A stretch of DNA of 64,000 nt from Klebsormidium nitens (lineage: Eukaryota > Plantae > Klebsormidiophyceae), in contig DF237184.1 of the NCBI GenBank assembly GCA_000708835.1, positions 62,001 through 126,000 of the forward strand. The letters run 5' to 3'. A program made the position numbers and the translations under genes. Position 1 is the first letter of the stretch, and every line of letters begins with the position of its first letter. Shown piece by piece: positions 22,599-36,859 of the stretch. The notes beneath the pieces were generated by a model. The model saw only the letters and a program-made list of their open reading frames with translations. It was not told the DNA's origin and made no database searches.

Positions 22599-25500
22599 TT
22601 ATCTGCTGCACAACGGATGGAAATCCAGGCCTCTCCCCCGGCGCATTTGTTCGTAAGACCGCAGGCCGCCGAACACGGCCGTCGTACCCGTTCCAGCAGC
22701 AACTAGAACGGTGAGAATTATCACAATGATCGAGCTTCTGCCCGACTTCCGTACGAATCGCCCGACGACTGTGACTCCAATCGTGGAGGCAACAAACGCA
22801 ATCGGCGCAAACACCAGGGCGTAGCTGTGGTTCAGCAGGTTGTGGAAGGAGAGCGACAGCGCAATCGCGGAGCTGCTGAAGAGGATCATCAGGACCGCGG
22901 TTGAGACAGTGACCTGGAAGTACGAAAAAATGACAAGGACTTTCCGTTGCTAGATTGGGTTTCTACTCAAACAGAGCTTGAAGGCCGGATATGCGTTCGG
23001 GGTTGCAGTTGCGGTTTCGAACGATTGCTAACAGAATCGAGATCGAAAAGCGGGTCCCTTCAACGGCCGTGCCAACGACCAGAGGCATGATGAAGAGAGA
23101 CTCCGCCTCCGGGAACTCACTGGAAGTGCCAACAGCTAAAAGCCAGATCTTCTTGCACTACCACGCTGAAACTTTAACCGAGTGAAAAGATTGAGGCTGA
23201 CACCTGTCCATGCCGCAAGGGCGTCTCGCCACCGATTGACACAACGTGCTCCCGGATCAAGACAGGCGAAACTACGCAACACACCAGCACGCAATATCAA
23301 AAATTACCGTTGAGGGGACGGTCGTGGGAGGGTGAACTGGGGACTAGTTCTGCACTTTCACATGACCTCAAAGAAACGGCTGTCATGCTCTTCGCTGACC
23401 GGAATGGCCCGAGGATCGCCCGAAGCTTCCACCGGCCGATCCAAAGCTCGCTTTGGCCACGTCATGGGGCAGTAAGTACCGGCCGTCCCCGAGTTCACGC
23501 TCAAGCTAACACAACGCACGGAGCTCAGGTAGCTTCTCACCGAGCAACGGATTCCAGGATCAGAGCCGGGATGGGACGAAGCTCACCTGCGAATGCACCC
23601 GTAGATGCAAGAGCGCCAGGTTAACATAAAAGGGAGGGATTCCGGTCGCTCCGAGCGGAACGGGTGGAATGGACTCACCTGCGGATGCACCCCCAGGTGC
23701 AGGAGCCACGGGTTGAAGAAGATGGCGCCACCCACTCCGAGAAGGCCCGCACCCACGCCCGCGGTCGCAATCACGCCCGCCACTTGCGCAAGGACAGTAA
23801 AAGGTCGCCGGATGCCTGCAATAAAAGACGGAATAATCGGCTACCGGTTAAGGAAACCCTTTCTATCACCTCAGAGTACATCACGAGCTGCTCGATATCG
23901 CTTGGCGCGCTGCGACGAAAACTTGAATCGATCTGATGGACATTGAGCCCAGTGAACGAGATGAAAAGACCGTGAGAGGGGCGCATACCGGTAACCAGGG
24001 CTTTACGACGGGTGCGGGTACATAGCGTAGATATCTGGGTTAGATCTCGTGTAGTCGAGCTCAGCGTTCGCTGAGCTTATTGTTCATCAAATCGAGAGAT
24101 ATGTGACAAGGTGAGATATATATTACAAACCAAGATATATCTGACAAGTCGAGATATATGTTTCCAAAGCCTCACCTCCGCTGAGGCTCCCGTGCGATAA
24201 AATAACCCGCATCTCGGGGTCCAGGTCCTCGTCGTTCCGTCGCGCTTTCCGCACTTGGTGCGCAATCTGCCAGCCCCCCACGAGCAGCAGAACCGCGACT
24301 TGGGCCCCCCAAACTGTCATGTATTCCCACGTGCAGCGAGGGTAGGCGCTTTTCTGCGCCTGGCTGACCAGAAACAAAACCCAGAGGACCAGGAGCGCCG
24401 CAAACTTCCGGAAGGGGATGCGCTGCGCGAGCGTCTTGGTGCCACGTGGCACGTTTTCCAAAACGGGGGTCACGTGGCACTCCACGATTGGTCTCCCATT
24501 GGTCAATGTTTTGACGGAGTCGTTGCGTTCTAGAGTTATGTCGTCCCCTGCGGTCGTGACGGTGACGACATCTGGAGGGTCTAGCAAGGGTTGCCGCAAA
24601 CCGTCGGCGGTCAGTGCGGACTCGGCCGAATCTGTGACGGTGCGCTTGAGCGTTGCTTGCTCCAGGTCCCATTGCTGACGAGCCTTTCTGGCGGTGCTCC
24701 GGATGACAAATATGAGGACGAATACCAAAACGGCGGTTTGTAGCCATTCCGGGATGAGGATGTTGAATAACACGCCTGCGCGAGTCGAAGGAAGCGGCTG
24801 TCAGCCTAGACCGTCCAGACTCAAGCATCATCGTGGCTGCGTAAACCAGCTTTGTTTAGTCTGGACCGTCAATGAAAGGGCTATCGATCCGGGCGTCCGA
24901 GCAGGAAAATTGACGACGTTTTGCACAAAGATTTTCGCACGTTTCAAAATCTGGAAAATTGAACACCCCAGGACGAAGACAACATGTCTGAGCTGGCTGA
25001 GAAGAGGTACGACTTTCTTACTGGCCTATCTAGACTAGAGAACCAAGACTTCTAAGAAACAGGCTGTGCTGTCGGAATTCCAATTGACTCGCATTCTTAG
25101 ACCACAGCCAGGTTGACTCGCTGAAGGAGACTTCACTTTCATATTGACCATCTTAATCTGAATACGCGGAGCTTACTGCGTCAAATCAACACTCGATCAC
25201 TTTAGGTAGAGACCTACAAACCGGCCAGTCTGGACCCTTTTAAGTCCAGAACACGCCCTCACTCCGGGTCGTTCGTTTGGAAGCCAGGTCGTTACTCGAG
25301 ATAGAGCTTCTCAACAGATACTGCTAACGGAGAAAAATGATGGCATGTCATCTAAACGGATGTTGATTGCGGCCAATACCCGGCCTCAATCAGGAAGCTT
25401 CGCACCATTATGCCGATGAACCATTCCGTCCAACGGATGCACCGTCAACGATAAGCGGCACGAAAAGCCGCGCGGCGATCTGAGTGTATAGCAACGACTT

Positions 25501-27224
25501 TCCAAACTACTTAAAGAGCCGGAGCATCAAAATAAGCGCAAGAAGACACTCTTGGTATTGAGAAGTCGTGACACCGTCGGAATTGACAAAGATCCCACAA
25601 AATGGTTGACAGGAGAATGGGTCTTCCGGAAGCCTCACCAAAGTTAACCCCCAACAATAGTGCTGGTAGGAACGTGAGTGCAAGGTCGAAGTCGAGCAGC
25701 GTCCGGTCGCAATCTCTGGGGCTCTTTTTGTGCAGTCCATAAAACGTGCTGGCCAAAGCGCCACTCGACACGATGGTGAGCGACAGTGCTGAGGCCATCT
25801 TGAGATTGAAGCCGAGAAGGACATCTATACGATCGGAGGGAAGGGCTGGTTCGGAAGAGGGAAGAAGAATATGGTCTGTATCAAAGGCACAAGATTGCTT
25901 CGCATAAGATCATGCGTAATGGTCCATTTCATATCCATTTTTTTGCAGATGGATAAATGTACAGTTTGGAAAATGCTGTCTACATCCTAGGATGCAAATT
26001 GCTGGTTCCTGATTTGACAACGAAGCAATGCAGCGGAAAAAGGGTGCCAGGGGTAAGGGCCTCGCGAAGATCTTACTGAAAACAGGAATGTAGAAAGGAC
26101 CTCCTCCAACCCCGGCGGCATTTGCCAGAAGTCCGCACTGTTCAAAGGAGAAGAGAATGCGTTTATAAAGTCGTACGCTACATACTTCAGTGGCTTTGCA
26201 GGGACGTTGGGTTCAACCACAAGCACCAGCGATGCACTTTCTTCATGTTTATGTCGTTTTGAAACCAGGCATGGGACCTTTTAGCGAGCAGGTATTGTGC
26301 CCCTTCGAGTGAAGGTTCGCAAACACTCGAAGAAGATCATGTGCCACCTACTCCAGCCACTTCAAGAGAGAAACAAGTGGCACATCTCTTACCCCAAAAG
26401 TCAGAACCAAAGCGATCCCTGTCCGGATGTTGAGCTCAAACCGGGCGTCGACAGGGGTGTCAGGAGGGAGCGAGTTTGCAACACTGCTGAGCTGTTCCCA
26501 CCTGCAATCAGATCAGGTACCTTGGCTGATCAGCCCCATCAGGTTAATATACTGGCAAGCGGATTCAGCAATTGTTGGAGGGATGAGTCATCTTTGGCCT
26601 GAGGTTTCACGTGCGCAATGAAAATGTTTCAAAGATCTTGCACAAAAATGGTGTCTGTCATGCAATCAAGGTGAAGGGCGCTCTTCTCATTGAATCCCAT
26701 CATACTGACTACAAACTTTTTTGTTATAGAGTGAATTCCCTTGCCGATTCAGGAACTTCTGTGAGCGAGGTTTGATGGGACAAGGGGTGGTGCGATCACG
26801 AAGAAGTGCCTAAGAAGTCAGTTTACCAAACAAACTCATTCCTGGTTCTATCAGACAAGCAATTGACCCAGACATCCCACATTTCAAGCCAGTCAGCTTC
26901 AGCCCATGCATTTGCCTGGACTAGCATACCCAGCTCTTTATGTACATCCTACGCACAGTTTTGTCCTGGGTTGTCCAGAACTTCCAGAGCTTGGAGGAAA
27001 GCACACAACAGTAAAACTTTAATAAAAGCCGAAAAAAGCAGTTCAAGAGAGTTTCAGGAAGATCAGGTGATTGGAAGGACACATCCCAGGAGTGGGGCTG
27101 TTGCTGGTTTGCTAAGAAAGGAAGCATCCAGCATCTGCACTCACAGTGATTCTCCGCCCAAGCCCCAAACATTGGCTGGAACAGTGTCAGGCCAAATGCT
27201 GCTTCCATTATGGAAAGTTGCCAT
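22599..27224 (-). CDS. Sulfite exporter TauE/SafE family membrane protein
   Basis: Phase-consistent exons 27224-27145, 26501-26393, 26137-26077, 25824-25639, 24775-24176, 23815-23679, 22913-22599. Motifs: ANAAGVGGGPFYIP, LLDFDLALTFLPALLLG, AGLLGVGGAIFFNPWLLHLGVHPQV, RSSIIVIIL. Start codon is tentative. Confidence 0.9.
24084..24159. repeat. Intronic 19-bp minisatellite, 4 degenerate units
   Basis: tcatcaaatcgagagatat / gtgacaaggtgagatatat / attacaaaccaagatatat / ctgacaagtcgagatatat. Confidence 0.75.
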
Positions 27225-28090
27225 TGCGCCCCGCCAATTAGACGCCCATGCGTCACTGGGAAACTTGTAGAAACATCTCACAAAGTGAGCGCTGCCGAGC
27301 AACAAAGAATCTTTTGAACGAAGTTGAGGTAGCTATGTAGACTCAGACTCAGAGCTCTGCTAACTTAGGTCTGAACCATCTGCTTGAGCTGGGGAGCGAG
27401 CTGGACATCATCCTGCAGTGGCATTTGTTTGTTAGCGCTGCTTTCCTGTCAAGGTCTGGGTCATGTCACTACTGACCACACCTTTTCAACCCCTTGGGCC
27501 CTGACCAGCACCTAGCCTTACCGGGGTAGGTACACGGTACACTAAGACATTACGGTATTCCTTTCTTGCATGTGCGATTTCTTGACGTGGCAGCTTGACA
27601 GCCTTTTGAAAGCCTCAGCAAGTATATCGCACGGCTCAAAAGCGTTCCTGTAAACTGGGTTGATATACTCAAAAACCTAACCGATCGGAAGTTGGGGTAC
27701 CGGCGGCGGTATGCAATCAGGCCCACCTGGTTTCAGGTTCGGGTTTGAAAATTAGGGTTATTGGACCTCGCTCCTTCCTCAACTCTACGGCCTGCAAATG
27801 GGATGTCTCCGCCAGCCTCAGGTCTCATGCCTTCAGCAGAGGACTGGGACTCGGAGGGGCAGAGGCGCACCGCAGAAAGGTTTGCACAGCGGCCATGGCG
27901 ACAACTTTTTGAGTAGACAACACCGAAGATCGTCAAACCCTTGACTAGAGACAACACGCAGACAATCTTGCTCGTTCGCTGCCTTGAGACGTGAGCGCCG
28001 CTAGATTAAAGTGCAAAAGTTGGCATGTGGACCACACCGTCCGGCGCCGCCAAGTTTAATGAGTTGAAAAGCTTGAGGGCATAAGTAAAG

Positions 28091-31000
28091 ATGCAGGCTT
28101 TGGCCTGCTCCACCTCTGGCGCTATCCCCAGCATTGTTGGCATTGCTTCTGGAGGCCTGTCCCTTCCCGATGGCCAGTGTCGGGCGCATTGGGGCGCGCG
28201 CTCCCAAAACTCTGATCGCATGCAGGGCGTTAGGGTTTGGAAGACGTCCCCCGGCAGGGGTGTCGGAGTTCAGTCCCCAGTAAAATCCGGAAGCCTGCAA
28301 AACAGGGGCTTTGGATTTGAACCTTTTAGGAACGCGCCACCGCAAGTGTTGCGAAAGCAAGGAGCTAGATTCGTGAGGAAATGGAAGGCTCCCAACGCTT
28401 CAAGACTAGATGAAGATCCAGACTGGGAGCGGAAGTCGTCGAACGGTTCCGCCTCATCTAGTTCCAATGGAAGCGTCGCGAAGTCGGTGGTTCAAGAACC
28501 AAAGCCCTTTGTTGCGCGAGATGGGACTCCCAAGCCCGGCATTGTCGTCGTATCATCCCCTGGGGAGAGGCTATCCCCTCAGGACAGCGGGTTTGCGTCC
28601 CAACTCTCATCAGACACTCGCCCCAAAAGCTCATCTAGGGCGCCAGATTATGAGCAGCCGAGTCAATCAGGAAATGGCACCGGCGCCAGCTCAGCGGAGC
28701 GCTCGAATGGGGTTGGGGAGATTGCGTTTGCAAGCGGGCCGATCAGCGAACAGATCACGGACGCGCCATCTTGTCCGATGCCGAATTTTGCGACGACGGC
28801 CACGCGGGTCACGCTGCTGCAGCCGGTGCCACTCCTCCCGAGCAGTGCTCAGAAGCCCGGTGTGAATAAGCGCCCGCTGCTAATTTATGTTCCGGGGATG
28901 GACGGCACAGGGCAGGGCATCCGGCCGCAGATTGAGGGGCTGTACACTGACGGGTGAGTGGAACACATTGGTGCTGACTGTAAGGGCTCAGAAGCATCGC
29001 TGATTGAAGCTTTGTCCTGTCCTCAATGATAGACACTTACTTTCGATGATTGAAGTTTGCGTTCTTGCCCGTGTTCCTTCTCTGCTGTCTCAAGATTCGC
29101 CTCCATTTTTCTCGAAGAGCTGTCTCATATTAGAAAAAATCGCCTCATTGAAAGCTTTCATAGAACCGCTGTTACACCAGTCCAGGCACCCAAAGGCCTG
29201 AGCTTTGCCCCGAGTTTGGTAGAAACTTCATCTCAGCGTTCTTTCCACAATATTGCCGCATCGATAATTACAGTATGTGATTAGAAAGCTTGTTCAACGT
29301 CCTACAGGTACGACATCCGATGCGTATACATCCCAAGCAATGATAGGTCCACATGGGGCGAGCTGGTCGACTCCCTTGTCCCACTCATTGAACAGGCCGC
29401 CACGCTTGCGGTTTCCGACTTGACCTCCGCGGCTTCACTGGCCCCCCTTTTGCAGTATGCACATGGGGCGAAAGACAAGGACGTTGACGAGGTGAGTCCA
29501 GGGCCTTTCCACGTTGCGCAATTGGGGGGTATCCTTTCTTGATGCCGTCAGATACTCATCTGGTCCGTTCATGCTTGACTGGTGGATGCTGCTTGGTTCT
29601 CAAATGCATTCAAGCCCTATTCTACTTTGTTGAAGGTGCTTCAGCTTTCCTGCAATTTTCGAAACGTCTACACTGGAAGTCTTTCAGTGCAAACAGAGTG
29701 GCTGACCATTTCGGGTCTCCCGGCTTTACCTCGGACAAAGTCATTCTGTTCCTGGCACAATCACACGACCTCCCCGCTCTAAAAGGACTCACCTCGGACC
29801 TTTACACCCAAAGTCGACGTCTCCCTTCACAAGCAACTTATGCACTTCCACAAGTCGCTTGCAATCTCGTTTCTTTGCACCCTCTCAACGAAGGTCGACT
29901 GAGCAGAGGAGAATTTGGTGGTGATACTCATCACCTGGTGTGATACAAAGTATTCCCATTTTAAGCATCAATCGCGCGCATTTACAGGTTGCTCGAATTT
30001 CCTGAAACTTTTCTCCAGCCATAACAAGCCTTTTCAATGCAGGCCCCCCCCCTTCCCACTCGCCACGTCACCCTCCTTGCCGAGTCCTTTGGCACGTGCC
30101 TGGCCCTTCGGGTGGCTGCCCGCGCTCCTTCCCTCATCTCGCGCCTAGTTCTGCTGAACCCGGCCACGAACTTCGATAAGAACAACTGGCTCGTCAGCCT
30201 GGCGGCTGCGACGGGGCTCTTGGCAGCATTCCCCGGGCCTCTCTATTCTTTCGCTCAGGTATGCTTCCGCTCAGGTATTCCTCTGCAAAGGACGTGTTTT
30301 TGATTCTTCGGAAGGACTTATCTCTTTGCTCCTTGGAAGGACGTCGTTTTTCCACGCGCGCTTGAGTACGTCTGTTCCATAGCTGCCTTTGCACAAATCG
30401 GGATTTTACAAAGTCGCAGAACTTTCGGTCAACCATTCCACTCTGTTATTGAATGGTACGTGAAGAAGTGTCAAGTTGCTTGTATCTGCGGCCTACATTG
30501 TGATTGATAATCGAGTGACGTCAAGCTCGAAATAAAACCTCGTCACTTTCCTCGCCTCAGGACGTCATGCTGCCACTGCTGGTAAAGCGCAACCGCGTGT
30601 CGGCTGACGCCAACAAGGACTTGCTGTCGCCCATTGATTACGTGCCCGCCGCATGCGCTGCGTGGCGCCTGCATATGCTTAACGAGGGAACGCCCTCAAC
30701 GGAGGAGCTCGCGAACTTGAAGCAGCCTGTTATGCTGGTAAGAGATCATGCTGGAGAAAGAAATGCTGTATCTTGAGTACAAGTGAGTTCTTTTCTGATT
30801 TCTTTTGCTGGATCATCTTGGGGGCTCCGTGTCTATTAGTCTCCGGTAGCCTTCAACATCCGAAATGTCCGTTGATTCATTCTGCGTGCGTGTTCTCAAG
30901 CAGTTGACGAGGTGCGGCAATTGTGTCACCGTGAAAGCCCCCATGAACGGAGAGCAACGGCCAATCTGTCGACGGCTGTCAAGCTGACACGTTTCATGTA

Positions 31001-34000
31001 TGCGGGCAGTTTGCCGGAGCCAAGGACCGTGTTCTGCCGTCGATGAATGAGGCGGCGCGTCTCCAGACCCAGCTTCCGAATGCGTGGAGGGTCATCCTCC
31101 CAGAAAGGTAGATCAATGCCCTAGACATTTGAATGAGCCTTTGCTCACTGCCCTGAAGCTCCTCTACTTCTTGTTCTAGGCAACGATGAAAGCGTTTCTT
31201 CGAGTGCTTGCAAATGCCAGCAAATTATGCGCGTATTAGAAGTGCATTTCAGGGGCGGATGGGTTTACACAGCCTGATGAGAAATGCGGAACGGAAAGAA
31301 TATGTTCTGAGAATCAAAGGAGCATGTGCCTGTCAGGTTGGACGGCCCTTGTACCCCCTGTTCCTCCGTGTTCAGCTGCGAATTTCACGGCAAAATTTGA
31401 AGTCTTGATGTCGACTTCCTACAGTGGCCACACCGCTCTCCTGGAAGACCACATCAACATTGCGTCCTTGATGCGCAAGAACGGCTTCTCGCCCCCCCGC
31501 GCCGTGAGTCCTGAGAGAACTTCCGGGGGAACGCCCCGACTTGAATCCCCGGCCAATGGACCCTCCCCCCCGGATCTGACCGACCTCGCAGCCCGCGACC
31601 CGGTTAACCCCGGGGTGGTTGCCGTTAACCCGGGGGTAAGCGGTGCGGCCAACTCCGAGAACCCGCGGGTTAGAGACGCGGTCGGCTCCGCAGCCGAAGT
31701 CCCCGCTGCTCGTGTGAGGGACGCCCATGTCAATGCTGACGTCAGCAGAAGTGACGTCAGCGGCCTAAGCTACGACTCCCCGGTCCCCCGGCGGCGGCGG
31801 GCGGCCGTGCCGGACGAGGTATACGACGAGATGGGGCGGTTATTAGAGCCTTGGCGCATAGTGACGTCACCGCTCGTCAGCGGGGCTGAGAATCTGCCGG
31901 ACCCGAGCGCGGAGCCGCGGCGGCCAATTTTGTTTGTCGGGAATCACACCATTTTTGGGTTGTACGACTCGCCGCTCCTAGTTCACGAGTTGTTCATGCG
32001 GGGCTTCCGGTGCCGGGGGCTCGCGCATCCGGGGCACTGGCGCAGCGGAGCGGGGCAGCTTTTTGAGAGGTGCGTCTTTTTGCTACTCTAGAAGGTCAAT
32101 TGGTTGCGAAGAAAACTGAGGCTTTTTAAAGCAGAGCTCACTGAATCGCGGATTCTCAAGAGTTGTTCCGAGAATGATTCTAACTCAGCGGGAGGGCTTG
32201 TCTCTGCTCTTTTGACAACTTTCATTGGTTGGTGATGGCTCATGGCTCAAGAGTTTGCTTCCCTTCAGATTAGGTACGATATACAAAGCGACTATTCCGA
32301 TAAACGGGAGCACGAAGTAATAAGAGAATTACTTCGTGCTTCAGCAGAGAGCTCGGTGACTTTTCGGCTAATCAATCTTGCTTGCAATCAACGCCGCTAG
32401 ACCTTATGCTGCGCGCTTTCCTGGTCAGGTATGGCAACGTGAAGGCGACGCCGTTTGCTGCGTACAAGCTGTTGAAGGAGGGCGAGGACGTGCTGCTCTT
32501 CCCGGGAGGCGCTCGGGAAGTCGTTAAGCGCAAGGTGGGGTTAGGCTCAATCTGACCGGTCGATGTTTCGGAAAGATGTGGCCAATATGAGTCACTTTGC
32601 ATGTCTTAGGTAGCATTTGAGCAATTTTTTTCAGGCCAATTGAAGGCCCATCTCGCGGCGAGGAGAGGGGCTCAGCTATTCCACCATGGAAGGTCTCTCG
32701 GTCTAGGTAGGATCGACACTTCGAGGTTGGATGCGGTACTTCGAGGATTTTTGGATCCAGCCTTAGATGGAAGTGGCAGCAACCCTGTACTAAGACGTGC
32801 ATTATGCCGCATGTATCGCTGTGGCCCGATTTTGTACGAAACGTTAAGCAAGCTGTCAGAAATTCAACTCTTCACAAAGAATCCTTGTGTTTTTAAGAAT
32901 GCTACGTCCATGTATCCGCGCTGGCGGTTTTGTATTACGCACCAAAACACTCGTATGTTGGATCCAGAGAGTGCGTTGTTCAAGATTTCCAGGCATCAGA
33001 CGAGTTCTCTATCAAAGACAGCCGTCCATTTTTGTCCCCTTTTTGTTTGGGCTCCTTGTGCACAACAGTGCGTCCTCGTTCAATGTTTTTGTGCCTACTT
33101 CAAAACAACGTCACTTCGTAAAATCTACATGGCTCGCATTTGCAAAACGTTGTGCTTCATTGAATTCACGCGGCTGGAAGGATTTGAAGCGAAGTTTAAA
33201 TTTCAACGCCCCGAATTTGCATCCGCAGGGGGAGGAGTATCAGCTGCAGTGGCGGGAGAAGGCCGACTTCGTGCGCATGGCCAGCAGACTAGGCGCTATC
33301 ATAGTTCCCTTTGGGGCGCTCGGGGGAGACGACGCGTAAGTCGCACTCGTACACCTATATCACGCGTTTCCGATTGTCGACATCTGAAAGGGTTTCTGCT
33401 TGATACCAAGAGGTCATTCGAACCAATACGTCACAAAACCCCTTTGCCTGGCTGTTTGTACCTTTCTTCGGATGCGATCTTGCGACGTGCTATGCTCAGA
33501 ACCAGCGCAGTTGGATCGCGTCGAAACTTTACGAGAAGTGCTCAGTTCCGTTGCTGACGTCAAATCGCCCCGTCACGCTGTCCTTCGTTGCCACGTGGCA
33601 GGTACAAGATCTTATGGGACGGTCGGGACATTCTCAGCTCCCCGGTGGGCCCGTTCGTCGAGGAGCTGTACAAATCGGTCGGGTTGGAGGCGGACCTCGT
33701 ATATCCGGTCACCCGGTTGCCATTCCTGGGGCTGCCGATACCTAGGTGGGCATGCGGATACAGTCTGCCTTTGTCTGCGTTCTCTCTTGTCTACCGTCTC
33801 GCTTGATTTTCCAGTCCTCGTTGTTTCCCCCACTTCTTCTGCTCCACGATATGTGAATGTGAGTGCATCGACATAACGTGGAGTAGGGTATGAGAAGGAC
33901 TGGGGCTTGAGACGCTAAATTTTCAGACGGACTGGGTTGTTCCTGCGTAAGTAGTTGAAGCGAAGAACTAATATCTGTCCATCTTCGTCCTCTTTTGATA

Positions 34001-35276
34001 GCTCTTTCTTCCTCACGGCTCACGGCGCTCCCCCCTGTCTCCTGCACCAAGACCATCCTCTCCCTGGGGACTTTCTACCCATTGCGTGGTTCCCCCGGGC
34101 CCTTTCTTTCAGTTCTATTCCATATCCGCTAACGAACGCATCTCCGTCCTCTTCTGCTCATGCTCTCGCTAACGTCTCCTGCATAGTCACGCCGTCGTAA
34201 GGTTCGAAAAATACGGGAAGTCCTCCCCTGGGATTCTTTACTGAGCGTGGCTCCACCCGGCCCTTTTGCAGTCCTATCCCCATCCCCGCCATCGAACGCA
34301 TCTACTTCCACTTCGCGCCGGCAGTTGACACCAGCCAGTACGCGTGCGATCTGTCGGACGCCGACGCATGTCAGGATTTGTACGGTGAGCGTGCGCCCCC
34401 GTCCGAGCGCCTCTACCTTGAGTATTCTGCGACGGACTATCTTGAAAGGCTCTGATCGATTCCGGTGCGAGTGTTCGGTGCTCGCTCTGGCCAGGTGTTT
34501 GTTTCTCGAACAAACTATGAATCAGGTTTGGTGTCACACCTCATGAAGAACGCCCGAATAGTTCATACATTACTTAGCATTGCTGCATGCTGGTTATTTT
34601 TGAGAAGGAAACAAGCATGTAGCATATGTTTGGTCGGGCATTACAGCGCTTCATGCCCGCATTACCTTTCTGCAGGCACGACAATCACCGGTGCATCAAC
34701 CCTCTTGATTGTGCTTCTTGCTTTCAATAAAAGGCACCTGTCGCGGTTGTTTCGGTCGCCCAAGCGTTTCTTCTGCTTTTTGCATCTGAGCAGACGTACG
34801 ACCAAACATCGCTGTTGCTTGCACGCTGTGCAGGGTTGGTGAGGCGGTCGGTGGAAGAGAGCATCGCCCACCTCAAAGAAGTGCGAGCAAGGGACCCGGT
34901 ACGTTCAGTTTTTGTCCTCGATTCTGCTCGTGTGTATCGCATTGATAGAGCAGCCCGTCTGTTCCGCTTGCTGTAACTGTCGCTCCTATCCAAAGTTTGG
35001 CCCCACGTCTCCTCGAGTTTCTTGCAATCTGGATCGAAACGTGGCACGCAAGTAAATTCCAACTCTGAAGCTCGGCTTCTTGAATCACAAGCTTGCCAAA
35101 ATCGTAGAAGCGTGAGTTTTGAACCAGCTAGTGCCAACTCCATTGCCGGGTACCAAGAAACACTGGATTGAATTTGAATCTGACGGCAGTTTGTTTGTTT
35201 GCAGGAGCGCATGTTCCCTGCTCGGATGTTGGCGAAGGCGTCGCGTTTGCTTCCAGAGTTCAGCCCGCGAGAATAA
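28091..35276 (+). CDS. Plastid phytyl ester synthase-like esterase/lipase/thioesterase-acyltransferase (PES1/PES2 family)
   Basis: S/G/A-rich transit-peptide-like N-terminus. Hydrolase motifs LLIYVPGMDGTG and AESFG..LAL..LNPAT. Acyltransferase motifs PILFVGNH, LFMRG..RGLAHP, VLLFPGGAREVVKRKGEEYQL, FVRMA....IVPFGALGGDD, ERIYFHF. Last exon ends PEFSPRE* at 35276. Confidence 0.93.
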
Positions 35277-36859
35277 GGAAGGTTTAGCGGCTGTTATTTT
35301 ACCATGTTGACATGTTGGGAACCGGTCATAACGAGTTGATTGTGCACAAAGACAAGCGCAATGCCACTATCTTTTTGCCGATTTTGCACTGCGGAATAAT
35401 CAGATGTTGACGTTGGACTCTAAGAGAATCGGAATTACAGCATCGAGTGCTTAAATTTCGGCCTCTTGTTTCCCGCACGCTGTCAAACCACATCTTGTCG
35501 AAGCAGAGTTGATTATTGTGAACACTGATGAGTTTCACGGTCAGCCCGGCCCTTTCCCTAAAACCGTTTCAAGTTTGCACGTGATGTTGCATCAATGGGC
35601 ATCAACGTGCATGACAGATTGGGAAGTTGCACTCTACGAAGGCACACCCGATGTGATATGAGGTGTACATTGTTTACCCCTATCATTCTAACGAGCAAAC
35701 CTCTTCGTGCAATTCATGTCAGCTAGGTATACTAGACAATTTCGTCATACGTTTCTGGCAGGCACTACAGCTATAGGCATCTTTGTTCAAATCAAACTTG
35801 ACGTTGTTGCCTGAAGGTTTCACCGTAGCTCTACATATGGTCTTTTTTCAAAACCCGGCTACGTCGTACATGACATAATACATGTATCCAATTCTCATGC
35901 AAACGAAGAAGCTTTTGAGCTGAAGTGCAGTTACTACGACGGTATCTAGGGAGCTGACTGAAGTTGTCTCGCTGTTCGTTTCCGTTTACTCTGCTCGTAC
36001 CCTGCAGCCAAACCCCAACCAAACGTCATTGAAAGCAAGAGCCCGAATATAGCGGATCTTGACTAAGTGACATCATGGCGGGATCATGGCATCTATCGAA
36101 TCGCAAACGCACTGAAGAAGACATGACCCAGGGAGAGCCGCACCATTTTCGATCTGGCAAATGACGTACCGTATACCAGAAAGAAAGCTCTATTTGTGCG
36201 CGAGCTCTTGCAATCGGGCCAGATTACATTACCACTTGGCACTTACGTAATACCAGGTAGTCCCAGCCGGCATCAGCCGATGTGGGTCATGTCAGGCGAA
36301 CCGGTCACTTCAGTACCCCGGGGGGGTTCGAACTTTGCGGCGCTGATCCAGGACATCCTCCTGCATACAAACCTAGGTTCCGACAGTCACCACTGTACCT
36401 GCATTAAAATTTACACGTTACCGGTTTAATTTATCCATAATATGCTCAGCGTCAGAACCGGGGCCCGGGGATCGACCTTGGTTATCGTCTTTATGCTGTT
36501 TAAACCCTTCTTCCTTGGTGGCAGAGTGACTGCAATGATCAGGGTTGGGCCTTGGCCCCTTCTTCTTGCTGGCGCCGCCAACCTGGCAGTCGATGGTTGC
36601 TGCTAGGTATTGCGCTACATTCCTAGGTATTGCGACTTGCAGGGTGGTTGAAAGGCTTTGACTTTCGACAGGCTTCTGCTGCAGCTTCTTTGTCAGCTTC
36701 CATCTTATGAGGGCACTCCAGGTCCCAAATGCTCTGTGCCCATCCTTGTAACCTTGGGGAGCCACTCGGTGGCGTCGAAGCGCTCGAGCATCTTTCAGAT
36801 CGGTCTGATGGCAGATGATCGTCTCACTTGTCACCCAGTGGTGTAGTTCATGACGGAGA

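Noticed and set aside
24140-24165. Possible U12 AT-AC donor (atatatct) in TauE
   Set aside because: A phase-correct GT donor exists at 24175; the motif is part of the minisatellite and does not match ATATCCT.
36418-36834. 138-aa minus-strand ORF divergent from the kinase
   Set aside because: GTG start 25 bp from the kinase ATG, no motif and no convincing splice structure.
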